A stretch of 63,699 bases of DNA, counting the filler, from Lenisia limosa (lineage: Eukaryota; Protista; Breviatea), in assembly GCA_001655205.1 (NCBI GenBank). It is 13 parts of 13 records of this genome, joined end to end, with 100 filler letters (N's around TTAATTAATTAA, not from the genome) between each part and the next. Parts side by side here need not be neighbours in the genome. Positions count along the whole stretch, not along the records: positions 49,010 to 52,395 come from LPNZ01010622.1; positions 52,496 to 53,987 come from LPNZ01011621.1; positions 54,088 to 55,466 come from LPNZ01010754.1; positions 55,567 to 58,327 come from LPNZ01002941.1; positions 58,428 to 59,982 come from LPNZ01002372.1; positions 60,083 to 61,950 come from LPNZ01000582.1; 7 more parts are not named here. One strand, written 5' to 3'. A program made the position numbers and the translations under genes. How positions within the stretch are numbered: the first letter of the stretch is position 1; every line of letters begins with the position of its first letter. Of the stretch, positions 52,007-62,050 are shown one piece after another. The notes under the pieces are model-generated. The model made no database searches and was not told the DNA's origin. It saw only the letters and a list, made by a program, of their open reading frames with translations.

Positions 52007-52619
52007 GTGAGTGGAGCGGTAGTCTCGTTGAGTTGGGTTGCACAATTAAGTTCATTGTTGAAAAATGGATTTTGGTTATCAACAAAAGTGTAATCATTAA
52101 CAATGAAACTTTGAAAACCTAATTATCAAGAAGTAACCACATGTGATGATATTGTCACGAGTTGAGTGAACTTTATTGAAAATGTATTGGAAAATTAACC
52201 ACTTCTGACTATTTGTTAAAAACTTGACTCCACTCAATCATACTATATTGATATGGATTATTTTTGCTCATCGTAAATATTAATATTATTAAGTATTTAT
52301 ATTGTTATTTATATATTATGCATATCATTTATGATAGATATAATATACATATATGTATATATATGATAAATCAATACCCCTGTCCACAAAAACCGNNNNN
52401 NNNNNNNNNNNNNNNNNNNNNNNNNNNNNNNNNNNNNNNTTAATTAATTAANNNNNNNNNNNNNNNNNNNNNNNNNNNNNNNNNNNNNNNNNNNNATTTC
52501 GGACATGAATTCGGCATTTCGGACATGATTTCTGCGCCCCAGCATATATATATATATATACTCTGTATGAACAGCATATATACCTACTAGTATAATATGA
52601 TATATAAATCGTTGTTACT

Positions 52620-53240
52620 ACTAAGTGTTATATTCCTCCGCATTCGTGAAAGGGTTGGGAATTTAACGGAAGTGGCAGCAAGCATTGCGGAGGCACATCT
52701 GACAAACTCGGGACTTGGGGTATCTTCGGGTACCAATGAAGCGGCTTGGCTTGCCAGTGCCTGTTCAAGTTGGATGCATCCTTTCGGCTTAGCAACATCG
52801 ATCTCAGTCAAAATTTTAGCCTTCTCCAGCGCAGTAGGTTTGCTGGTCATTCTTGGGAAAGCTGGTGTACGTGGGTAGAGGTTGGGGCAATTGAATGGAC
52901 AGTGGGTGTTTGTGTGGGAGAAAAGAGCTCTGAGGTACTGGGAAGTTGGAGCAGGGTAGTCTTCGGAAGGTGGAGGGCGGAAGACAGAGCCTTTGAGGTA
53001 GAGGGAAGGGGGGATTTGGAAGGGATTGTTGCCAGAAACTTCATATCCACAGGACTTTTGAGAGGCACTGAAGAGTTACGAAATATTTTTTACACCGTCT
53101 TGTTTAAGTAAACAAAAGGAATACGTCATAAACAGCTCTAAAGTCTTACCGAATCACAGCCGTACTGGGGCTACTCATTGCTTTGGCAATAATTCCAAAG
53201 ACTTCTTCTTCCTTGATGAACCTAAACTGATGAGCTGAGA
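52620..53240 (-). CDS. Hypothetical protein, C-terminal exons
   Basis: Exon FIKEEEVFGIIAKAMSSPSTAVIR splices in frame into an open exon of about 150 codons (ASQKSCGYEV..LYPRTPAFPRMTSKPTALEKAK..). Family not recognised. Confidence 0.5.
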
Positions 53241-54087
53241 GATTAACATTCATTATACAAATACAATGAATATTCTTACTTTTCAGAGNNNNNNNNNNCA
53301 AATAGAGAATTCGGGTATTGAGACTTCAAGAGGATTTACTAAATCTAAATATTTTTTACACCGTCTTGTTTAAGTAAACAAAAGGAATACGTCATAAACA
53401 GCTCTAAAGTCTTACCGAATCACAGCCGTACTGGGGCTACTCATTGCTTTGGCAATAATTCCAAAGACTTCTTCTTCCTTGATGAACCTAAACCGATGAG
53501 CTGAGAGATTAACATTCATTATACAAATACAATGAATATTCTTACTTTTCAGAGNNNNNNNNNNNNNNNNNNNNNNNNNNNNNNNNNNNNNNNNNNNNNN
53601 NNNNNNNNNNNNNNNNNNNNNNNNNNNNNNNNNNNNNNNNNNNNNNNNNNNNNNNNNNNNNNNNNNNNNNNNNNNNNNNNNNNNNNNNNNNNNNNNNNNN
53701 NNNNNNNNNNNNNNNNNNNNNNNNNNNNNNNNNNNNNNNNNCTGGAAGGTAAGTGAATTATCGACATGTCATATAGTTTTCAAAAAATAACAATTTTAGT
53801 ATCATACTTCAATGGTTGCATGAATGCTAGCCCCATCTCCGATCATGACGATGGGATCATGGCAAGAAGAGCGCTTGTTGCGGCAGACGNNNNNNNNNNC
53901 GCATGAATGCTAGCCCCATCTCCGATTATGACGATGGGATCATGGCAAGAAGAGCGCTTGTTGCGGCAGACGGATTCCAAGCATCGGNNNNNNNNNNNNN
54001 NNNNNNNNNNNNNNNNNNNNNNNNNNNNNNNTTAATTAATTAANNNNNNNNNNNNNNNNNNNNNNNNNNNNNNNNNNNNNNNNNNNN

Positions 54088-54600
54088 TGCAGCCAACATG
54101 TTGCTCTCTTTGCGAATGAAGACGCCAAAGGTCTCCGTTTTCCTCTTCAGCAAGACGCTGGAGAATTTGAGTGTATAAATTAGAATGAGAAAAACAGATA
54201 CCACAAAATCCAGTGATTATGTGTTTGTTATTTCGAATACCGTGATTAACAATATCCTTAGTTAAAAATAAAACTAAAAGTACACCCCCAACCATGACTT
54301 GGCTGTGGAGTGTGATGTGTTCGATTGATGACGCAATAGTTTCGCGTGAACGCGCAGTAACTCGCACCACCTGATGAGTTAGAGGTACATGCTATGCTGT
54401 ACAACATATAATACATCCATTTCACATCAACTTCCGGTTCAAAATAAAAAGTGAATTCTAGAGCAATCCAAGATAAATACCGATATAATATCCGTCAGTT
54501 TAAACCAAAATGACATACCTTGAGTCCAGTAAGAGCGATTTTCTCGGTCAAATGGTCGACTGCAACATTGGAGGGGGCACAGACGAGAACCTTTGAAGGT
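54088..54600 (-). CDS. UPF1: UPF1 RNA helicase, internal exons
   Basis: Spliced [25 protein letters not shown] / [25 protein letters not shown]. Confidence 0.88.
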
Positions 54601-55154
54601 GAAAAACAAATGAAAAAATAAAAAAATTCCTTCTGAAACTGTTGTAAAAAAAAAAAAAAAAAAAANNNNNNNNNNNNNNNNNNNNNNNNNNNNNNNNNNN
54701 NNNNNNNNNNNNNNNNNNNNNNNNNNNNNNNNNNNNNNNNNNNNNNNNNNNNNNNNNNNNNNNNNNNNNNNNNNNNNNNNNNNNNNNNNNNNNNNNNNNN
54801 NNNNNNNNNNNNNNNNNNNNNNNNNNNNNNNNNNNNNNNNNNNNNNNNNNNNNNNNNNNNNNNNGTTTTTCAATATTACTTGATATTGCTAACGATTTTG
54901 TCATAATAAGTATGATACAACAAAAATTTTATTATCCCAGTCAACAATATATGACACCAACAAAGGCTTCACTCAGGTCCGAAAAAGACCGGTAAAATAC
55001 AAATATATATCAATGAAATACATTTTTTAAGGACAAGAATGTAAATGTATCAATTAATGATAATTATATCATATACATTGAATATATGATATATTGAAGA
55101 AATAGCAGTTAACAGTACCAAGGTCATTTCCAAATGAAGTATTAAAAAGAAAAA

Positions 55155-55330
55155 CCCGAGTTTTTTTTCCTGGGAGTGGTTTTCTGATTTTTTACAAGGA
55201 GTTTTCCTCAACAGAAAACCCCGAGTAACAAAAGGAAGACAACCACGAGCAAAAAAAAACGAGAGGTATTTCGATTGGAAAAGACTTGAATCGGATTTTT
55301 TCACTTTTTCAGTGGTTTTCCTGGAAAAAT
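55155..55330 (+). repeat. Dispersed repeat family C (about 175 bp); inverted copy at 57535-57706
   Basis: Near-identical core TTACAAGGAGTTTTCCTCAACAG..GAGTAACAAAAGGAAGACA.CCACGAGCAAAAAA, also visible as matching spurious ORF text (FARGCLPFVTR.FLLRKTPCK). Confidence 0.8.
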
Positions 55331-55567
55331 ACAGTAAATTTTCTGGAAAAAGTTTTTTGCTGGGAAAATACAGAATTTTCAAGAACAAATTTGTTCCAAA
55401 AATTTACAACAACTCTTCGTAGCACTTCGTCTCTATTTTTGATTTGCTTAATACTGGAATCATCAANNNNNNNNNNNNNNNNNNNNNNNNNNNNNNNNNN
55501 NNNNNNNNNNTTAATTAATTAANNNNNNNNNNNNNNNNNNNNNNNNNNNNNNNNNNNNNNNNNNNNC

Positions 55568-56213
55568 CCAGGAGGCAGGCGTAGAGCATCTTGTCTTTGC
55601 CGTTGTGAGTGCAGGCCTTCTTGACGCCCGTCTTGACCAGCTGCAGAAGACTATCGAAATCACGTGGGTGTCGTTTTACGATTTTGGGCTATTTGTTTTT
55701 GTTTTAATTTTCCATTTTTGGCCTGGGCTTTTTTTGTTTCATAAATTTTCCCATTTTACCCCTCTCCAGACGTTCAACCCCCCGAATGTCCGCGGACTGG
55801 GAGACCCTTCACAGCCGCTTGAGCGAGTGGGCGAACAGCATCCAATCCCTTCTCGAGGTGGGGATGAGCTTGTCAAAAAAATTGGGGTGGCGGCGTCTGT
55901 AGTTAAAAAATTTACAAGTGTTATGTTTGAACAAACTAAAAAATAAAAGGTTAATTTACAGACAGACGTTTTTTGGCCACCCCATTTTTGGGGTGTTATG
56001 GGGCCTTTAAATACTTCGTGTACGCTAGAGTAATAGGATGCGGTGCTGCAGAAGCGATTGGCCTGGGTTTTGTTTGTTGGAGTGATGGGATGCTGTGCTG
56101 CAGAGTCAGCCAACAGGGTTGATTTGGACTTTTTTTTTTTTCGTTTCATAAATTTTCCATAATTGACTCCATAGGTTCTCAAGGGCGAGGAGGACAAGGG
56201 CCGCAACCATTAG
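55568..56213 (+). CDS. EIF3M: PCI-domain protein, eIF3 subunit M-like, C-terminal exons
   Basis: Spliced VEHLVFAVVSAGLLDARLDQLQKTIEITRSTPRMSADWETLHSRLSEWANSIQSLLE..*. CSN7 or Rpn9 fit less well. Confidence 0.7.
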
Positions 56214-56399
56214 GTATATTGTACAAGAAGAAAAAAGAAAATGTCAAAAATACAAAAAAACAATGAATACATCACAAACTGGTTTCCAATTATTTTTATT
56301 TGAATTCTCGATTGATCTAAGATACGGGGGAGTGGGTAACAATGGAAAATTGAGACAACACAAACCCCAAAATCAAATCTGGGGGTCGGGGAAACTCGT

Positions 56400-58327
56400 G
56401 AAGATTCTACGCTGTAACCAGGCAGAACGCCTTTTTGATATCAGAGCTTATGCATTTTGTCACGAAGTGAAGCCTGGAACCAAACAGTAAGAAACGCCCA
56501 AGGCCTTCGAGTCATTTCAAATAATTGGAGGCCAATTGGAGGCTGACTAATTAGAGATGGACGGCTTCGAAAAACAATCGAAGCCGTCCACACCAAAAAT
56601 AGTGTCATGGCGCATTTGGGAATCCCATTTAATTTTATGGATATTTGAAGAAAATGATCAAGGGAATCCCAAGTCGATGCGCCGCAGTGAATCTATCGAG
56701 TAACTTCAAGTTGGGCTCTCCCAAGAAAAGGTATTTCGATAAATTACTACAAAAATCTCTCAAAAACAGGTAATATACCCCAATGTTGATTCGTTCTCTC
56801 ATATTTCATATAGTATATCATATAGTATTATTATTATTATTCTTCCCCCCAAAAATCTTAAAACCCTCAGTGAAATCAGTAAAACTATAATATAGTACCT
56901 GGGGAAACAAACAAACAAAAAGACCATTTTTACGGAACTGGTGTGGAAGTCGCGGGGCGAGCAAGATGGGACGTTCGAATATTCGGATGGCGTATGCGCG
57001 ATATTCGTGGCGTGGAGGAGAGGCGAGGCGATCCGGATACCCGGGGGGAGGNNNNNNNNNNNNNNNNNNNNNNNNNNNNNNNNNNNNNNNNNNNNNNNNN
57101 NNNNNNNNNNNNNNNNNNNNNNNNNNNNNNNNNNNNNNNNNNNNNNNNNNNNNNNNNNNNNNNNGATGAAATGAAGGATATTGTATGAAACAAAATAGAA
57201 AATTATGAAACAACAACAACAACAATAAATAAAGCAACTAATCATCCCACAGATAAACGGCGACATATTTGGAGTTCCAGAGGGGGTCACGCCAGCCTGG
57301 TAGAGCTTTTGCAGTGTGTCTTCCTGAAGGGTGAATGGTGTTTTGGGAGAACAATATAAAATAAAAATAATAATAAAAATATTTATATATTAATATTTTT
57401 TTAAAAAAAAACAGGAGTTGAGATGTGTAGGGGGATTTGCTACTTTGGGAGCGGAAGGAAAAGAATTATAAAAAAGGAAATGAGAGAAAACACCAAAGAA
57501 ACTGGAAAACACCCAAGAAACGGGGAAACACTTATTTTCCCAGGAAAACTATTGAAAAAGTGGGAAAATCCCGACTCAAGTGTTTTCCAATCGAATTCCC
57601 CCTCGTTTTTTGCTCGTGGCTGTCTTCCTTTTGTTACTCGGAGTTTCCTGTTGAGGAAAACTCCTTGTAAAAACTCAGAAAACCATTCATAGGAAAAAAA
57701 CACGAGGAAAACACCCAAGAAACATGAAAACAGGAAAACACCCCTCCCTACAAACGCACATGTTTACCACCCCCCCCCCCATCCCCCACGATCTGGTCTT
57801 TTGAAGTGTCCTGTGCGCGTTTGTGTTGGATCATGAGATCTAAAACTACCTCCGCTGCAAACACCACTGTCACTGCTGCCAGCACCAATGGGGGGCTCTG
57901 GGGGGGGGGGGNNNNNNNNNNNNNNNNNNNNNNNNNNNNNNNNNNNNNNNNNNNNNNNNNNNNNNNNNNNNNNNNNNNNNNNNNNNNNNNNNNNNNNNNN
58001 NNNNNNNNNNNNNNNNNNNNNNNNNNNNNNNNNNNNNNNNNNNNNNNNNNNNNNNNNNNNNNNNNNNNNNNNNNNNNNNNNNNNNNNNNNNNNNNNNNNN
58101 NNNNNNNNNNNNNNNNNNNNNNNNNNNCCAATTAAATCGAAAATTGAAAAACCGTTCGTGTTCAATGATTCTTTTTTTTTGTTTTTCCGTGTAGGTGTTC
58201 GCGATCATGTATGATCACCTAGCTATACGATAATCATCATTAGGGAGGTGAGTCGTCTCAATATTATAAAAATGGAGTAATCTGCCCTACCATGAGGGAG
58301 GCTGAAGTGGCGCATGCGAGGGCGCCA
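56400..58327 (-). CDS. Possible Sec23/Sec24-like vWA (trunk) + beta-sandwich protein fragment
   Basis: Exons read GALACATSASLM, GSFRSHDP and LHFVTKCISSDIKKAFCLVTA*. The motif resemblance is weak. Confidence 0.35.
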
Positions 58328-58427
58328 NNNNNNNNNNNNNNNNNNNNNNNNNNNNNNNNNNNNNNNNNNNNTTAATTAATTAANNNNNNNNNNNNNNNNN
58401 NNNNNNNNNNNNNNNNNNNNNNNNNNN

Positions 58428-59860
58428 GTCTGTACTGAGACCTTCACTGTACATATCCAAAGGACATGGTGAGCAGCGGACTTCTGACGACGTTCTCATT
58501 AACTGGAATGGGATCAAAGAAAGCTCAGAATGAGACAATGAGAGAGCAGAGATATTAAAACCGTGGATCACAGAGATTAGAAACGAGGATCACAGGGGAG
58601 AAGATAAGAGAAACGAGGATCACAGGAGAGAAGACAAGAGAAACGGGGATCACAGGAGAGGAGAGAAGAGAAACGAGGATCACAGGAGAGAAGACAAGAG
58701 AAACGGGGACCACAGGAGAGAAGAAAAGAGAAACGGGGATCACAAGAGAGAAGACAGGAGAAAGGGGGATCACAGAAGAGGAGAGAAGAGAAACGAGGAT
58801 CACAGGAGAGGAGAGAAGAGAAACAGGGATCAGAGGAGAAAAGAGAAGAGAAACTAGGATCAAAGTAGAGGAGGCAAGAGAAACGGGATCAAAGTAGAGG
58901 AAAGAAGAGTCAAAGTAGAGTCAAAGGAAAGAAGAGAAACGTTGGAGAAACGACGATCACAGCGCTCACTTCGGTTCCTTTTGGGCATTTGCAGCCGGCG
59001 TCAGTTTCTTCAAACGTCTCCATACAAACACACATATCGCGGCTTGTGGCCCCTTCCTCGGCCGTGGTGAAAGTATCGTCAGTCAGGCTACATGCGGTAC
59101 ATGCCTACATTGTGATAAAAGAACTATATGTATGATATATGTATGATCATATATGTATGATATACTATATGATATGTAGGACATAGAGAATAAACTCGTA
59201 GATAAAATATCGTTGGATGTGCCTTCTTTTGAATATAAATCGAAACCAATAAATTGTTTTATTGACAATATGCAACACATGCTGGGGTGAGACACTGTTC
59301 CACATTATCCACATACCTGGTTTCCGGTAACATTCTTAAAGAAGCCAAGGCTGCAACCAAGACAAGACCCTGTGCTATCCTGTGCAAATCCTGAAGCGTG
59401 AGAGGGAAAGTTGAGAATAGGTTGCTGTACCACCACCAAGTGGATCCAATATTTTGCACAGTTATCCAAAACACGTGACTATCCGCAAACCCTTTTCGCA
59501 AAGGCAAACTTCTTGCCCGTTTTCAATGGCAGGAACTGTGTTAACAGGACAACGCTGGCAGTAGTCCTCCCCTGATGTATATAAGTCAATATTATCTTCA
59601 AAAAATAACAAAATAATAATAATAATACTTCTATGAACCATAATTGTACTCTTCACTTTAATTTGTGTAATCTGTATTTTGTGTACCCATTACTGGGATT
59701 GATTATGCCAAATTATCCGAGTTAGATTGGCTCATAGTATGAATAGTGTCGCATCGGTTGCCCCCCCCCCCCTCCCCCAACCATTCCTTGTTTTGAGAAC
59801 AGATGATTCAGGGCAAACACACTTCATCCCTTCCGTGGAGTTCTTTGGCATGAAAGCTAG
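58428..59860 (-). CDS. Cysteine-rich repeat protein (CxxCP / GCC2-GCC3-like), internal exons
   Basis: Exons read EGMKCVCPES, DYCQRCPVNT..VCLCEKG, GSCLGCSLGFFKNVTGNQ, TTAEEGATSRDMCVC..CKCPKG and RCSPCPLDMYSEG. Confidence 0.7.
58570..58900. repeat. Intronic minisatellite, approximately 31 bp unit (AGAAACG(A/G)GGATCACAGGAGAGAAGACAAG), about 10 copies
   Basis: Direct reading. It explains the spurious hydrophobic ORF 58555-58863. Confidence 0.9.
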
Positions 59861-60329
59861 TGGGTGAGAGGGAGCTTGCAAGATAACGTCCCCATGTTTT
59901 GTTGTTATCGCCCTTGTGGGTTGTCGACAGCCAACAGAGTTGATTTGGGCTCTTATTGTTTCATAAATTTCCCAATTTTACTNNNNNNNNNNNNNNNNNN
60001 NNNNNNNNNNNNNNNNNNNNNNNNNNTTAATTAATTAANNNNNNNNNNNNNNNNNNNNNNNNNNNNNNNNNNNNNNNNNNNNCAATTACAGTGCGGTGGC
60101 GGCCGTCCCAGTGCCCCTTACGACTCAGTAGATTCCTGGTATATAATTGCGGGCAAATGGGGGCAAAATGCAAATTCCGTCTAAGCTTACACATAATCGT
60201 TACATTTGCCACATACATAAATAAAATACCAGCTTTCATGAGTTCTCCCCTCATATAACCACTCCAGTTTGTGCCGAATTGGTTTCACTAACACCATTGA
60301 CGGGTGTGTCAAATGCCCCATTGGATTTA

Positions 60330-61600
60330 TGGGTGAAAGCCCGGGAACATGTGTGCCAATTTCAGGCGAATTCTACACGGGACCCTCCGGTGCTGTTTAC
60401 CCGGTATGTAAGGCACAGAGGCGATTGGTCAAGCTTTAAATGCAATCCTGAAGCATACATATACATAATGTACTATATGATATAGCTATATTATGTATGT
60501 ATGATATCGATATTATTATAGTATAATACTTATATCATATAGTATACATAAAATTTCTTTGATATGTACATAAACCCACTTTTACTCCATGAAACAAGGC
60601 AGCTATTGAGTTAGAAACCCTTGGTATTTTTTAAGGTACGAATAGTATATGATTTACTATATGATATCATATATGCATATATATAATAATATACAATGAA
60701 CGTAATAAGTATGGACTGGTTTTTTTTTATCGGATTTGATCTGACCTCCCTCTAGTGTCCAGCCGAATCCACTGCTATTTCCCACGACCGATTTGAGGAC
60801 TGTTTGTGTGACACATCATTCCAAATACCGCAAATGCTCCCCCACCCTGTGTGTGCATATTGCGGGCTTGGTAGGCTGAGGGGTCAAGTTTGACATATCG
60901 GTCTCATTTCATTATTCTTTTGTGTATGTGTGGAGGTTTAGACTGTACTCACTTTGGAGGCTTCATTTGGTGTTTGTGTATATTAACACTTCATGTTGAT
61001 TATCCCAAACAGAACGTGCCTTGCTCTTCTTTTCACCTCTTTAGGTCTACAATACAACGTCACAACGAATGTCTGTTCACCCTGCCCTGAGGGGTTCTAT
61101 AATGACCGCAAAGTCACAGCCACCGGACAAAGCTGTATCCAGGTCAGTGGTGAATTGTGTATCCAGGTCAGCGGTGAGTTGTGTTTTTTTATGTGAATGA
61201 TATTGGGTTATTGAAAGCACAGTATTGCATATTTCAACTTGTGTTCCCTTTCGAGTCTGTTTTCTCAGAAGACATGGAAGACTGTTTTTCACCAGTAGTG
61301 GGACCAGTACCATTTTGTCCCACTGTAGTAAACCCTCTTACAACACAGTGTCCATTCAGCTTTACCACCGACACCTCTTCTGACGACCCAAGACTGAGGG
61401 ACTCAATCCACGACTGGTTTGCTAAAACGTGGCTGCTTCATGATGATGATAGTAATCATATAATTTTACTATTTTCTCTTGCGTCCAATTATGTACCATT
61501 TTTCTTCTTAATATCGCAGCATCTGTCCCTATGATAAGGAGCTACGTTCTGGGAGCTGTGTTGATTGTCCCGGTAATACAATGAGAAGAACGTATAGTAC
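60330..61600 (+). CDS. Cysteine-rich repeat protein (CxxCP), internal exons
   Basis: Exons read CPAESTAISHDRFEDCLCDTSF, NVCSPCPEGFYND and GSCVDCPGNT. Confidence 0.65.
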
Positions 61601-62050
61601 CGACTTTTGCTACCCCCCGGGTTTGTGGGATTTGAATGATCTGTTCACTTTGGTGTGGGCTCAAATAATATCGTAATTGAGATTTTTGAGAAATTTCCTC
61701 TGTTTTGGAGTTATTTATAATTTGATTTACATTTTTGTAGCGATTTTTGAGAAGCAACACAAGTTTATCGCTTCTTATTCACTACTTTTAGCTGGAAATA
61801 CTTACGTTCAAGTGGGGGTGATATATCCCTGCCCTGTCAATTCAAAGGTGTGTTAGTCGGGATTTATGGTTCAAACATGGATTCCATAATATATCACACC
61901 GTCCATATATCTGTGAATTTTCCTCTATCTGTGAAAAAAGGCCAAATGAANNNNNNNNNNNNNNNNNNNNNNNNNNNNNNNNNNNNNNNNNNNNTTAATT
62001 AATTAANNNNNNNNNNNNNNNNNNNNNNNNNNNNNNNNNNNNNNNNNNNN

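Noticed and set aside
53080-53554. Apparent tandem duplication of about 210 bp including an exon
   Set aside because: The near-identical copies are separated by a short N run, which is typical of unmerged overlapping contig ends.
53818-53972. Second short direct duplication of about 70 bp
   Set aside because: Same pattern around a 10-N gap, so probably a scaffolding artefact.
58555-58863. Hydrophobic repetitive ORF as a membrane protein
   Set aside because: It is the translation of the 31 bp minisatellite in an intron.
58962-58980. Extra MITE arm (GCTCACTTCGGTTCC)
   Set aside because: It coincides with a minus-strand exon/intron junction (GGAACCGAA/gtgagc) and is probably a chance match.
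28388-62006. Regularly recurring TTAATTAATTAA as a biological repeat or CRISPR-like array
   Set aside because: It is always embedded in N runs and has stops in all six frames, so it is an artificial contig linker. Gene neighbourhoods across it were not interpreted.
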